DNA from: an uncultured Oscillospiraceae bacterium
GTDB taxonomy: Bacteria; Bacillota; Clostridia; Oscillospirales; Oscillospiraceae
NCBI GenBank assembly: GCA_910585155.1
Contig: CAJUEC010000005.1
Span: forward strand, 9,059 to 73,058
Direction of reading: 5' to 3'
DNA: 64,000 nucleotides
A program made the translations under genes and the position numbers. The notes beneath the pieces are model-generated. The model was not told the origin of the DNA. It was given only the letters and a program-made list of their open reading frames with translations, and did not search any database. Numbering within the stretch: position 1 is the stretch's first letter; each line of letters opens with the position of its first letter. Of this stretch, positions 28,297 through 38,315 are shown piece by piece.

Positions 28297-29241
28297 ATGG
28301 CGGACGTGAAAAAAGTCGCCACCCGCACCGGGTATGGCGAGGCGCTGAGGGAGCTGGGCGCGCTGCATGACAACATCGTGGTGTTTGACGCGGACCTGGC
28401 GGGCTCCACCCAGACCGCTGTGTTCGGAAAGGCGTTCCCCCACCGGCACTTCAACTGCGGCATCGCCGAGGGGAACATGATGGCGGCGGCGGCGGGTGCG
28501 GCGGCCATGGGCATGGTGGCCTTTGCCTCCTCCTTCGCCATGTTCGCCGCCGGCCGGGCCTATGAGCAGGTGCGCAACTCCATCGGCTACACCCAGCTCA
28601 ACGTGAAGATCGGCGCCTCCCACGGGGGCATCTCCGTGGGGGAGGACGGGGCCTCCCACCAGTGCCTGGAGGACTACGCCCTCATGCGTTCCATCCCCGG
28701 CATGGTGGTCATGTCCCCCGCCGACGAGGTGGAGGCCCGGGCCATGGTGAAGGCGGCCTATGAGCACCAGGGGCCGGTGTATATGCGCTTTGGCCGCTCC
28801 CCGGTGCCCGTGTTCCACGACCCGGACACCTTCACCTTTGAGATCGGCAGGGGCGAGGTCATGCGGGAGGGCACGGACGTGGCCATCCTGGCCAACGGCC
28901 TGCTGGTGGCCGAGGCGGTGGAGGCCGGGCAACTGCTGGCCCAGCGGGGCATCTCGGCCCGGATCATCAACATGGCCACCGTCAAGCCCCTGGACGAGGC
29001 GCTGGTGCTGAAGGCGGCGGAGGAGTGCGGAAGGATTATCACCTGCGAGGAGCACTCCATCATCGGCGGGCTGGGGGATGCGGTGTGCTCCTTCCTCAGC
29101 GAGACCCGGCCCACCCCTGTCAAGCGCATCGGCACCCCCGACGTGTTCGGCCACTCCGGCCCCGCCGCCGCGCTGCTGGAGGAGTTCGGCCTGTGCGCCG
29201 CCAACATCGCCCGGGTGGCGGAGGAGTTCTCCAAAACCTAA
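28297..29241 (+). CDS. Transketolase, C-terminal subunit
   Basis: DADLAGST, GIAEGNM, GEDGASHQ, EEHSIIGGLG. Confidence 0.95.
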   Translation: MADVKKVATRTGYGEALRELGALHDNIVVFDADLAGSTQTAVFGKAFPHRHFNCGIAEGNMMAAAAGAAAMGMVAFASSFAMFAAGRAYEQVRNSIGYTQLNVKIGASHGGISVGEDGASHQCLEDYALMRSIPGMVVMSPADEVEARAMVKAAYEHQGPVYMRFGRSPVPVFHDPDTFTFEIGRGEVMREGTDVAILANGLLVAEAVEAGQLLAQRGISARIINMATVKPLDEALVLKAAEECGRIITCEEHSIIGGLGDAVCSFLSETRPTPVKRIGTPDVFGHSGPAAALLEEFGLCAANIARVAEEFSKT

Positions 29242-29258
29242 CCCTGATTCTGCCAGAG

Positions 29259-29289
29259 AAGCGCCCCGGCTGTGCCGGGGCGTTTTTTT
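29259..29289 (+). terminator. Intrinsic terminator after transketolase
   Basis: GCGCCCCGGC-TGT-GCCGGGGCGT followed by a T-run. Confidence 0.85.
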
Positions 29290-29404
29290 GCCCCTCCCGT
29301 CAAATTGGAGCGGTGTGCCGGAATTTCAAAAATCGTGGAATTCACGGAAGAAAAAGACTTGACACCGCTTTATGTAAACCCATCTTGCAGGAACGCCCCT
29401 CACC

Positions 29405-29475
29405 ACACCCTGCACAAGGCTGTGGAAGGTTGTGTGGAAGTTGTGGAAACCTTGCGGCCCAAGGCTTTTCCAAAA
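29405..29475. promoter_or_regulatory. DnaA-box-like cluster between convergent genes
   Basis: TGCACA, TGTGGAAGG, TGTGGAAGT, TGTGGAAAC closely spaced between two terminators. Confidence 0.6.
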
Positions 29476-29562
29476 ATTGGCTTGCAGGATGGGCGGCCCC
29501 GCCCCCCCAGACGGGCCCGGTTCTTTTTCTCTGATTTGCCCAAAAGAATTATGCCCCACCCC

Positions 29563-29608
29563 AAAAAAGGGCCGAAGGCTGGAACTTAGTTCCGCCTTCG
29601 GCCTTTTT
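29563..29608. terminator. Bidirectional terminator after pbp2
   Basis: AAAAAAGGGCCGAAGGC...GCCTTCGGCCTTTTT. Confidence 0.8.
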
Positions 29609-29611
29609 CTC

Positions 29612-31729
29612 TCAGTGGAGCAGCACGTTTTCCCCCTGCACCGTGCTCAGGGAGCTGTCGGTGGAGAAATACTGGGCCAGGATGCCCGCCGCGATCTCCG
29701 CCAGATTGCCGCCGGAGGCGCCCTGCTCCGCCACCAGGCACAGGGCCACCTGGGGATTGTCATAGGGGGCGTAGCACACAAACACGGCGTTGGCGGTCTT
29801 GGTGGCCACCTGGGCGGTTCCCGTCTTACAGCCCACCTTCACCGGCAGGGCGGAGAAGTACCGGGCCATGCTGGCCGTCTCGGACAGGTTGTACATCCCC
29901 TGGAGCACCGCCTCCAGGGCGTCCTCGTCGATGTCGATGGTGTCCAGCAGCTGGGGCTCGTAGGTCTGGGTCACCTGGCTGTAGTCGCTGGACTTGAACT
30001 CCTTGAGCAGGTGGGCCTTGTAGTGATTTCCCCCGTTCACCAGGGTGGCCACGTAGTTGGCCAGCTGGAGGGGGGTGAACTGGTTGTTCTCCTGGCCGAT
30101 GGAGACGGACATGGTGTTTCCGTCATACCAGGGCTGGTTGAAGTGCTCGGAGGTCTCCGGCCCCGCCATCCAGCCCCTGCTCTCGGCGATCTCGATGCCG
30201 GTGTACTCCCCCAGGCCGAACTTGGCCGCGTACTTGCGCAGGTTGGCGATGCCGGTGCGCAGCCCCGCCTCATAGAAGAAGATGTTGCAGGAGTCGGTGA
30301 TGGCCTGGGTGACGTTGTCCCGGCCGTGCACTCCCCGCACGCTGTCCCAGATCCAGCAGTGGGGCTGGGAGTTGACGTCGGAGTAGTGCCGGTAGATGCC
30401 GGTGCACTCGATCCGCTCGCTGGTGGTGATCTCCCCCTCGGACAGGGCTGCCACGGCGGTGAGCATCTTGAAGGTGGACCCGGGGGCGTACACGCCCTGG
30501 GTGGCCCGGTTCATCAGGGGGCGGTTCTCCGTGTCGTTCATCAGCTCCACATAGTTCATGCTGGCCAGGTCGTAGGTGGGGTAGGAGGCCAGGGTCAGCA
30601 CGCCGCCCGTCATGTCCACCACCGCCGCCGCCATGGGGCCGGGCTCCTCCTGGCTGGCGGCGTACTGGGCCAGCAGGTCCTCTGTGGTGGCCTGGAGGGC
30701 GATGTCCAGGGTGAGCACCGCGTTGTCCCCGGGCTCCGGGATAATGCGCCACTCCTGGCCCACGATGTTGCCCTCCCCGTCCTTCTCGATGAGCCGGGTG
30801 CCGCTGACGCCGTGGAGGTCCTCCTCAAAGGCCAGCTCCACCCCGTCCCGGCCCACGGTGGCGTTGCCCGGATAGCCCAGCTCCCGGTAGCGCTCGGCGC
30901 TCTCCCTGGGGATGGCCCCGGTGAAGCCCAGCACATGGGCGGCGTAGCTGGTGCCGTACCGCCGGGTGGTGGTGGTGTCAATGCACACCCCGCTCAGGGA
31001 CAGCTCCTTCACCTTGGAGATGAAGGTGATGTCCACCCCCCGGGCAAACACATACTCGCTGTTGTCGATCTTATAGCGGCGCAGGTACAGCTCATACAGC
31101 ACCCCGGCCAGGTCCCGCTCCCGCTGGGTGACCGCCTCCCCCTCCTCCAGCAGGCCGAAGGTGACGCACATCTTCTCCAGCAGCTCCCCGGCGGTGAGCT
31201 GGGCGGTCTCCGCGCTGTCCACCCACTTGCAGTCCTCCGCCAGCTGGCCCAGGTAGGTGGGCCTGGTCACCAGCTCGCCGCCGTCGTTCTTCTGCTGGTA
31301 GGCGAGGGGGGTGTCGGAGGTGTAAACCCAGGGAGCGGTCTCCGAGATGAACAGGTCGCTGGTCCAGGCCACCCCCTCCTCCCGGCAGACGTCCAGCAGT
31401 TGGGCCAGGATGTCGTTGCGCTGCCCCCCCATGGCGGCGTCGTCCAGGGTGACGTTATAGCTCACCTCGTTGGTCACCAGCACCCGGCCGTAGCGGTCCA
31501 GAATCTCCCCCCGGACGCTGTCCACCTGCTCGGTCTGGGTGGAGTGGTTGTTGGTGCTGCTGAGGTAGGCGGCGCCGTCCACCATCTGGGTCTGGTAGAG
31601 CACCACAAAAAAGCCGGCCAGCACTCCGCAGAACAGGGTGATGAGCAGATTGCTGCGCAGCTTAAGCCGGCGGGCCTCCCGCTCGGCCTTCTCCTCCTGG
31701 ATGTGCATGGGGTCAAAGGGGTTATTCAT
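29612..31729 (-). CDS. mrdA: Penicillin-binding protein 2 (class B)
   Basis: RGEILDR, PGSTFK (SxxK), SCN (SxN), KTGT; follows mreD. Confidence 0.88.
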   Translation of the reverse strand: MNNPFDPMHIQEEKAEREARRLKLRSNLLITLFCGVLAGFFVVLYQTQMVDGAAYLSSTNNHSTQTEQVDSVRGEILDRYGRVLVTNEVSYNVTLDDAAMGGQRNDILAQLLDVCREEGVAWTSDLFISETAPWVYTSDTPLAYQQKNDGGELVTRPTYLGQLAEDCKWVDSAETAQLTAGELLEKMCVTFGLLEEGEAVTQRERDLAGVLYELYLRRYKIDNSEYVFARGVDITFISKVKELSLSGVCIDTTTTRRYGTSYAAHVLGFTGAIPRESAERYRELGYPGNATVGRDGVELAFEEDLHGVSGTRLIEKDGEGNIVGQEWRIIPEPGDNAVLTLDIALQATTEDLLAQYAASQEEPGPMAAAVVDMTGGVLTLASYPTYDLASMNYVELMNDTENRPLMNRATQGVYAPGSTFKMLTAVAALSEGEITTSERIECTGIYRHYSDVNSQPHCWIWDSVRGVHGRDNVTQAITDSCNIFFYEAGLRTGIANLRKYAAKFGLGEYTGIEIAESRGWMAGPETSEHFNQPWYDGNTMSVSIGQENNQFTPLQLANYVATLVNGGNHYKAHLLKEFKSSDYSQVTQTYEPQLLDTIDIDEDALEAVLQGMYNLSETASMARYFSALPVKVGCKTGTAQVATKTANAVFVCYAPYDNPQVALCLVAEQGASGGNLAEIAAGILAQYFSTDSSLSTVQGENVLLH

Positions 31730-32231
31730 GGTAGATCCTCCCGTAGTTGACACAGCAGAACCGGCCCGCCCAGTACACCGGCAGGGCCAGCAGCAGGGTC
31801 CACAGCAGCTCCGGCCCGGCCACCCCCAGCAGCACCCGCAGGGGGGCGGCCCCGGTGAGGAGGCGGCTGCCCACCTCCCACAGCTCCCAGAGCAGGGCGG
31901 CGGCCACCGAGCAGATCAGGTGGCCCCACACGTCCCGCCGGAGCAGGTACTGGGTGGTGAGCCCGGCCGCCCAGCCGAACAGGGCCAGGGCGGCGGCGCA
32001 GCCCGGCCCCAGGTGGCCCAGGCCGGACATCACCAGCCCCGCCGCAAAGCCGTACACCGCGCCGAAGGGGGCCCCCTCCAGCGTTCCCCCGGCCACCGCC
32101 AGGATGGGCAGCAGCTGGGGCAGGGCCATGGGCAGGGGGGCCAGCACATAGTAGTTCACCACCGCCACCACCCACAGGGCGATGAGGTAAGCGGTCCATC
32201 TCAAGATTTTATCCCGTCTTGTCATCGGCAT
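31722..32231 (-). CDS. mreD: Rod shape-determining protein MreD-like
   Basis: Hydrophobic protein with GAVYGFAAGL motif directly upstream of pbp2. Confidence 0.7.
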   Translation of the reverse strand: MPMTRRDKILRWTAYLIALWVVAVVNYYVLAPLPMALPQLLPILAVAGGTLEGAPFGAVYGFAAGLVMSGLGHLGPGCAAALALFGWAAGLTTQYLLRRDVWGHLICSVAAALLWELWEVGSRLLTGAAPLRVLLGVAGPELLWTLLLALPVYWAGRFCCVNYGRIYHE

Positions 32232-32254
32232 GTCTGGGGTCTCCTTTTTTGTCT

Positions 32255-32412
32255 GCGCGGCTCACGACGGCTCAGCGCTTAATGTTGTCACGCTTCGCCT
32301 GTTCGCGGCGCACGGCTTCCCTCCGACTCGGGCAAAACCCGCCTCCTGCCTCTGGCGGCTGGGCTTTTCCCCTCGCTCCGGTCCATCCGTGCGGCTCACG
32401 ACGGCTCAGCGC
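32255..32412 (-). repeat. Repeat family B, long form plus a tandem partial copy
   Basis: Minus strand TTAAGCGCTGAGCCGTCGTGAGCCGC occurs twice (around 32415 and 32282); interior closely similar to 13342-13464. Confidence 0.85.
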
Positions 32413-33820
32413 TTAATTCTCCAAACAGCGCCCAGGTGGAGCAGCCCGTGATGCGCACGTCCGCGAACCGCCCCACCAGCGCCGGGTCTCCGTTCAGATG
32501 GACCAGGCGGCCCCCCGCCGTCCGGGCGGTGAGGTTGTTCCGGGGATCCTCCCCCATCCCATCGATGAGGCAGCGCTGCACCGTGCCGATATAGGCCCGA
32601 TGCTTTTCCAGGGAAATGCGGTTCTGGGCCTCCACCAGCCGGTCAAAGTTGGCGGACTTCTCCTCTTTTGTCATGGGGTCGGGCAGCTCCGCCGCCGGGG
32701 TGCCCCGCCGGGGAGAGTAGATGAAGGTGAACAGCGCGTCGAAGCGGACCTCCTCAATGAGGGACAGTGTCTCCTCAAACTCGGGAGTGGTCTCCCCGGG
32801 GAAGCCCACAATCACGTCTGAGGTGAGCACCACCTCCGGCACCCGCTCCCGCAGAGCCCGGACCTTGTCCAGATACTGCTCCCGGGTGTACCGCCGGTTC
32901 ATGGCGGACAGCACCCGGGTGCTGCCCGACTGGAAGGGCAGGTGAATCACCGGGGCCACCTTTTCGCACCTGGCCATCACATCAAACAGCCGGTCCGTGG
33001 CGTCCTTGGGGTGGGAGGTCATGAACCGCAGCAAAAACTCACCGGGGAGGGCCGCGGCCCGCTCCAGCAGGGCGGGGAAGTCCACCTCCCCCTCCAGGTC
33101 CTTCCCGTAGGAGTTCACGTTCTGGCCCAGCAGGGTGATGTCCTTGTACCCCTGCTCCGCCAGCGCCCGGATCTCCTCCAGGATGATCTCCGGCTCCCGG
33201 CTGCGCTCCCGCCCCCGGGTGTAGGGCACGATGCAGTAGGAGCAGAAGTTGTTGCAGCCGTACATGATGGACACCCAGGCCTTCAGCGTCCCCGACCGGC
33301 GCACCGGCAGGCCCTCGGCGATGGCGCCGTCGTCGGGAGCGGTCTCAAACACCCGCCCCCGGCGCAGGTACACCCGGCGCAGCAGCTCCGGGAACCGCCA
33401 CAGCTGCTGGGGGCCGAACACCAGGTCCACATGGCGGTAGGACTGGCGGATGCGGTCGGCCACGTGGGCCTCCTGGGCCATGCAGCCGCACAGGCAGATG
33501 ATCTGGTCCGGCTTCTTCCGCTTGCCGTGGACCAGCGCGCCCACGTTGCCCAGCACCCGCTGCTCTGCGTGCTCCCGGATGGCGCAGGTGTTGATGACGA
33601 TCACGTCCGCGCCCTTCTCGCTGTCCGTGATCTCATAGCCCATGTCGCACAGCATACCGCGGATCAGCTCGGAGTCCGCCTCGTTCTGCTGGCAGCCGTA
33701 GGTGTCCACATAGGCCAGGGGGGGCGCTGGGCGCTGGGCGTTGAGGGCGTGCAGCTCGGCGCAGTATTCCGTCTGCCGCCGGATGTCCTCGGCGGGAATC
33801 ACAGGGGTGGTTCGTTTCAA
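32396..33820 (-). CDS. miaB: tRNA-2-methylthio-N6-dimethylallyladenosine synthase
   Basis: TYGCQQN, NTCAIRE, GCNNFCSYCIVP radical SAM motif, TRAM domain; TTG start after GGAGG. Confidence 0.95.
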   Translation of the reverse strand: MKRTTPVIPAEDIRRQTEYCAELHALNAQRPAPPLAYVDTYGCQQNEADSELIRGMLCDMGYEITDSEKGADVIVINTCAIREHAEQRVLGNVGALVHGKRKKPDQIICLCGCMAQEAHVADRIRQSYRHVDLVFGPQQLWRFPELLRRVYLRRGRVFETAPDDGAIAEGLPVRRSGTLKAWVSIMYGCNNFCSYCIVPYTRGRERSREPEIILEEIRALAEQGYKDITLLGQNVNSYGKDLEGEVDFPALLERAAALPGEFLLRFMTSHPKDATDRLFDVMARCEKVAPVIHLPFQSGSTRVLSAMNRRYTREQYLDKVRALRERVPEVVLTSDVIVGFPGETTPEFEETLSLIEEVRFDALFTFIYSPRRGTPAAELPDPMTKEEKSANFDRLVEAQNRISLEKHRAYIGTVQRCLIDGMGEDPRNNLTARTAGGRLVHLNGDPALVGRFADVRITGCSTWALFGELSAEPS

Positions 33821-33898
33821 GGCTCGGTCCTCCAGGTAAAAGTTTGTGAGATAAGCCGGGGAAGTTTTTCTTGACAGGCGGCAGGTCCGCCTCAACAC

Positions 33899-33951
33899 CG
33901 TGGAAAGGGATTGTGGAAAACTCTGTGCAAGCTGTTGAAAACTGTGGAACG
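33899..33951. promoter_or_regulatory. DnaA-box-like cluster upstream of miaB
   Basis: CGTGGAAAG, TGTGGAAAA, TGTGCAAGC, TGTTGAAAA, TGTGGAACG in one orientation. Confidence 0.65.
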
Positions 33952-34076
33952 GCGGGGTTTCGGGCCCCCTTGGCCCCCAGGGGCCTGCCGCGCCTCTATA
34001 ACTTTTTGCGGGTGAAAAACTGGACAAAAACCGATGTGTGCTCCCGCGGGGATGCCGCCTCCCGAGGTGCCCCTGC

Positions 34077-35474
34077 TCAGGTGAGATTCAGCCGCTGGGC
34101 CACCACCCGGGCGGCCTTCACCCCGGAGGCCCCTGCCTGGGCCAGCCCACGGGTGACTCCGGCGCCGTCGCCCACGGCGAAGAAGCCGGGCAGGGCGGTC
34201 TCCAGCTCGTGGGAGAGCTTGATCCGGGCGGAGTAGAACTTCACCTCCGCACCATAGAGCAGGGTGTCGTAGTTGGCGGTGCCCGGGGCCAGCTTGTCCA
34301 GGGCGTAGATCATCTCGATGATGTCGTCCAGCTGCCGCTTGGGCAGGGCCAGGGACAGGTCCCCCGGCACGGCGGCGGTGAGGGTAGGCCGGACGAAGGA
34401 CTTGGACATGCGGTGGTCATTGGTCCGCCGCCCGCCCACCAGGTCGCCGAACCGCTGGACCAGCACGCCCCCCGCCAGCATGTTGGACAGGGATGCGATG
34501 TGCTTGCCGTAGCGGTAGGGCTCGTTGAAGGGAGAGGTAAAGCGGTTGGAAACCAGCAGGGCAAAGTTGGTGTTCTCCGAGCGCAGGGCGGGGTCAGAGT
34601 AGGAGTGGCCGTTCACCGTGTTGATGCCCTCCACGTTCTCCGCCACCACATGGCCGTAGGGGTTCATGCAGAAGGTGCGCACCGGGTCGCCATACTGCTT
34701 CGTGCGGTAGACCAGCTTGGACTCGTATACCACGTCGGTGATGTGCTCAAACACGGTGGCGGGCAGCTCCACCCGCACGCCGATGTCCACCTGGTTATTC
34801 AGCAGCTCCAGCCCCAGCCCCTTACACTGGTTGGCGAACCACTCCGCCCCGGACCGGCCCGGCCCCGCGATGAGGTAGGGGGCCGCATACCGCGCCCCGC
34901 CCTCCGTCACCAGCGTATACGCGCCGTCCTCCGCCTCAATGGAGGTGACGGCGGTGTCGAAGAGGAAGGTGTGCTTGTCCCGGATGGCCTCATAGATGCT
35001 GGTGAGAATCTTCAGGTTGTTCTCCGTGCCCAGGTGCTTGCATTGGGCCTGGAGCAGGTGGAGGTCATACCGCAGAGCCTCCCGCTCCAGGGCCTTTGCC
35101 GCCGGGGTGGCGGTGGAATAGACCTCGGTGGTGGCCCCGTGCTTCACATTGAGGGCGTCCACATAACCGATGAGGTCCATCACCTCTTTCTCCTCCAGGA
35201 AGTCGGTGAGCCAGCCGCCGAAGGCGGTGGTGAAGTTGAACTTGCCGTCGGAGAAGGCCCCCGCGCCCCCAAAGCCGCACATGGTGCCGCACACCCGGCA
35301 CTGGACGCAGGTCTTCACCTTCCCCGCCACAATGGGGCACTGGCGGCGGTAGATGTCCGCCCCCTGGTCCACCACCAGGACACGGGCGGAGGGGCATTTC
35401 AGGGCCAGCTCATAGGCGGCGTAAATGCCCGCCTCGCCGGTGCCCAGGATCATCACGTCGTAATTGGTGTTCAT
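34077..35474 (-). CDS. NAD(P)/FAD-dependent oxidoreductase
   Basis: ILGTGEAG, GFGGAGAFSDGK, GVRVE, RTFCMNPYG, GDGAG.TRG. Confidence 0.88.
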   Translation of the reverse strand: MNTNYDVMILGTGEAGIYAAYELALKCPSARVLVVDQGADIYRRQCPIVAGKVKTCVQCRVCGTMCGFGGAGAFSDGKFNFTTAFGGWLTDFLEEKEVMDLIGYVDALNVKHGATTEVYSTATPAAKALEREALRYDLHLLQAQCKHLGTENNLKILTSIYEAIRDKHTFLFDTAVTSIEAEDGAYTLVTEGGARYAAPYLIAGPGRSGAEWFANQCKGLGLELLNNQVDIGVRVELPATVFEHITDVVYESKLVYRTKQYGDPVRTFCMNPYGHVVAENVEGINTVNGHSYSDPALRSENTNFALLVSNRFTSPFNEPYRYGKHIASLSNMLAGGVLVQRFGDLVGGRRTNDHRMSKSFVRPTLTAAVPGDLSLALPKRQLDDIIEMIYALDKLAPGTANYDTLLYGAEVKFYSARIKLSHELETALPGFFAVGDGAGVTRGLAQAGASGVKAARVVAQRLNLT

Positions 35475-35608
35475 AGCGGGGCTCCTCTCAGTATAATCGG
35501 CACAGCCGGGCGCGCCGTGGGTACACCCTGACAAGATATTGTACCATGAAAGCCGCCCGGGCGCAAGGGCGCGATTTTCCCCGCGAAGGGACCGCGAAAC
35601 TTTTTTCA

Positions 35609-35637
35609 TTGAATCTGGAGGATGTTCGTGATATAAT
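35609..35637 (+). promoter_or_regulatory. sigma-A promoter of miaA
   Basis: TTGAAT-17 bp-TATAAT with TG extension. Confidence 0.75.
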
Positions 35638-35666
35638 CATTCAAAATTTATGCAGGGAGGCGGCCC

Positions 35667-36611
35667 ATGAAACCTGACATTTTAGTGATCTGCGGGCCCA
35701 CGGCCTCCGGCAAGACCGCCCTGGCGGCGGAGCTGGCCCTGCGGCTGGGGGGAGAGGTGGTGTCCGCCGACTCCATGCAGGTCTACCGGGGGATGGACAT
35801 CGGCACCGCCAAGCCCACCCCATCGGAGACCCTGGGCGTCCCCCACCACATGATCGACGTGGCCGACCCGGAGGAGAACTACTCCGTGGCCCGGTACGTT
35901 CAGGAGGCCGTGCCCATCGTAGACGGGCTTCTGGCCCGGGGCCGTCTGCCCATCGTGGCGGGGGGGACGGGGCTGTATATCGACCACCTGGTGGCCGGGC
36001 GCCGGTTCGCCCCCTTTGAGCCGGACAGCGGCCTGCGCCAGACCCTCCAGCGCCGGGTGCGGGACGAGGGCCTGCCCGCCCTGCGGGAGGAGCTGGAGCG
36101 GGTGGACCCGGAGGCCGCCCGACGCATCCACCCCAACGACGAAAAGCGCACCCTGCGGGCCCTGGAGGTCTACCTCTCCACCGGCAAGACCATCACCCAG
36201 CACGACCGGGACAGCCGGGCCCTGCCGGACCGCTACACGCCGCTGACCATCGCCCTCGGCTTTCAGGAGCGCCCCTGCATGTGGGAGCGCATCGACCGCC
36301 GGGTGGACCAGATGATGGAACGGGGGCTGGAGGAGGAGGTCCGGGGCCTGCTGGCCCGGGGAGTTCCCCAGAGCTGCACCGCCATGCAGGCCATCGGCTA
36401 TAAGGAGCTGGCCGCAGCCCTCGCCCAGGGCCGCCCCGCCGCGGAGGGGGCGGAGGAGATCAAGCTCCGCTCCCGGCAGTACGCCAAGCGGCAGCTCACC
36501 TGGTTCCGGCGCAATCAGGCCGCGCACTGGTTCCATTGGGATAAGGTCCCAAATTTTTCCGCCGCCCTCGCTTTTTCGACGGAACTTGTCAGAGACTGTG
36601 GATTACAATGA
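35667..36611 (+). CDS. miaA: tRNA dimethylallyltransferase
   Basis: GPTASGKT, SADSMQVY, DIGTAKP, GGTGLY, YAKRQLTW. Confidence 0.97.
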   Translation: MKPDILVICGPTASGKTALAAELALRLGGEVVSADSMQVYRGMDIGTAKPTPSETLGVPHHMIDVADPEENYSVARYVQEAVPIVDGLLARGRLPIVAGGTGLYIDHLVAGRRFAPFEPDSGLRQTLQRRVRDEGLPALREELERVDPEAARRIHPNDEKRTLRALEVYLSTGKTITQHDRDSRALPDRYTPLTIALGFQERPCMWERIDRRVDQMMERGLEEEVRGLLARGVPQSCTAMQAIGYKELAAALAQGRPAAEGAEEIKLRSRQYAKRQLTWFRRNQAAHWFHWDKVPNFSAALAFSTELVRDCGLQ

Positions 36612-36648
36612 ATGCGCTCGAACTAACAAATAGAGGAGTGTATTCAAC

Positions 36649-36894
36649 ATGAGTCTTACATCCGCCGTCTCCGTCGCCAAGCAGCCCAACGTTCAGGACG
36701 CCTTTTTGTCCGCCGCCCGCCGTCTCGCCGCCCGGGTCACCGTCTTTTTAATGAACGGCTACCAGCTCCGGGGGGTGATCACCGCCTTTGACCCCTATGT
36801 GGTGGTGGTGGTGTCCGACGGCAAGCAGCAGGTCATCTACAAGCACGCCATCTCCACCATCGCCCCAGAGCACCCCGTGGAGCTGGAGGTGTGA
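36649..36894 (+). CDS. hfq: RNA chaperone Hfq
   Basis: QDAFL, VFLMNG, FD, IYKHAISTI; follows miaA. Confidence 0.95.
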   Translation: MSLTSAVSVAKQPNVQDAFLSAARRLAARVTVFLMNGYQLRGVITAFDPYVVVVVSDGKQQVIYKHAISTIAPEHPVELEV

Positions 36895-37013
36895 GGGGCG
36901 CCGCCCAGGCAAAAACCGGCCCCCGCGCGGCAAAGGCGGGTTTTGCCTGGGACCCCGCGAAGGCGGCCCGGCCCGCGGCCGGTCCCGCCTGACACAGAGA
37001 AAGGAACCCCTCC

Positions 37014-38273
37014 ATGAAAGAGAGCACCCTCGCCACCAAGTTCATGATCGCCATCCTCTGCCTGGGGGTGGCCGCCTATCTGGCCATTTACCTGATCCGC
37101 GGCTGGGAAGAGGATCTGGTCACCTCCTATGCCTATGCCTACTCCCTGGACGTGGGGCAGGAGGCCACGGGCATTCTGGTGCGCACCGAGTCTCCCCTGG
37201 CCGGGGGGACGGGCTATGTGGACCAGATCCTCAGCGAGGGGGCCAAGGCGGCGGCCGGGGACCCGGTGGCCCTGCTGTACTCCGATCCCTCCGCCCTCAC
37301 CACCCGTCAGTCCATCCGGGCGCTGGAGGCGGAGATCGAACAGCTCCAGTACGCCCTCAATTCTGGCACCCAGAACACCGACGCCTCCCGGCTGGACGCC
37401 CAGGTCATCTCCTCCATCGTGGCCCTGCGCTCCCTGGCCGCGGACGGGGACCTCACCACCCTGGAGGACTCCGCCCTCACCCTGCGCTCCATGGTGTTCA
37501 AGCGGGACTACACCTATGGCGACGCCGGGGCCGCCGGGGAGCTCACCCAGCTCATCTCGGACAAGCAGGGGCAGCTGGCCTCCCTGAACCACTCGCTGAA
37601 CCAGGTGTCCAAAACCGTGTTCGCCCCCGCCTCCGGCGTCTTTTCCGCCGGGGTGGACGGGTGGGAGGGGGTGGTCACTCCGGCGCTGCTGGACGAGCTC
37701 ACCGCCGACGGCCTGGAGGACCTGCTCCGGCAGAAGCACAGCCCGGACCCCTCGGCGGTGGGCAAGCTGGTCACCGGCTCCACCTGGTACTACGCCGCCC
37801 TGCTGGACGGCGTCAACACCGGCCTCCAGGCCGGCAGGACCTACACCCTCAGCTTCTCCGGCGACTACTACGGCCAGGTGGACATGGTTTTGGACCGCGT
37901 CTCCCTGGAGGGGGAGCGGACCCTGGCCATCTTCTCCTGCCGCTCCCACCTGGCGGACACCGCCATGCTCCGCATCCAGACGGTGGACGTGGTCACCCGG
38001 CGGCTGGACGGCATCCGCATCCCCCGCAAGGCCCTGCGGGTGGAGACAGAGACCGTCACCCGGGAGGACGGGACCACCGCCCAGGTGAACCACTACGGGG
38101 TGTACACCGTGGTCCGCTCTCAGGCGGAGTGGCAGGAGGTGGAGCTGCTGTACACCGCCGACAGCTACTACCTGGTGCGCCCGGTGGACCAGGCCGCCGC
38201 CTACCGCCTGCGGGCGGGGGACGAGATCATCCTGAACTCCTCCGGCATCTATGACGGAAAAGTAGTGCGCTGA
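37014..38273 (+). CDS. HlyD-like membrane-fusion/adaptor family protein
   Basis: N-terminal TM, lipoyl-like halves (AAAGDPVA / APASGVF), coiled coil; upstream of yggS. Confidence 0.7.
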   Translation: MKESTLATKFMIAILCLGVAAYLAIYLIRGWEEDLVTSYAYAYSLDVGQEATGILVRTESPLAGGTGYVDQILSEGAKAAAGDPVALLYSDPSALTTRQSIRALEAEIEQLQYALNSGTQNTDASRLDAQVISSIVALRSLAADGDLTTLEDSALTLRSMVFKRDYTYGDAGAAGELTQLISDKQGQLASLNHSLNQVSKTVFAPASGVFSAGVDGWEGVVTPALLDELTADGLEDLLRQKHSPDPSAVGKLVTGSTWYYAALLDGVNTGLQAGRTYTLSFSGDYYGQVDMVLDRVSLEGERTLAIFSCRSHLADTAMLRIQTVDVVTRRLDGIRIPRKALRVETETVTREDGTTAQVNHYGVYTVVRSQAEWQEVELLYTADSYYLVRPVDQAAAYRLRAGDEIILNSSGIYDGKVVR

Positions 38274-38298
38274 GCCGCCAAGCAGGCCAAGCGCGACA
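38267..38298 (+). repeat. Repeat family B, degenerate short form
   Basis: GCGCTGAGCCGCCAAGCAGGCCAAGCGCGACA followed by TTGGAGG RBS. Confidence 0.55.
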
Positions 38299-38315
38299 AT
38301 TGGAGGCCGTGTCAT

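Noticed and set aside
29432..31750. Long antisense ORFs (772 aa here; also 15572-17191, 36837-38846, 53519-55282, 60616-62631)
   Set aside because: Shadow frames opposite well-supported genes, expected in high-GC coding DNA; no recognisable motifs
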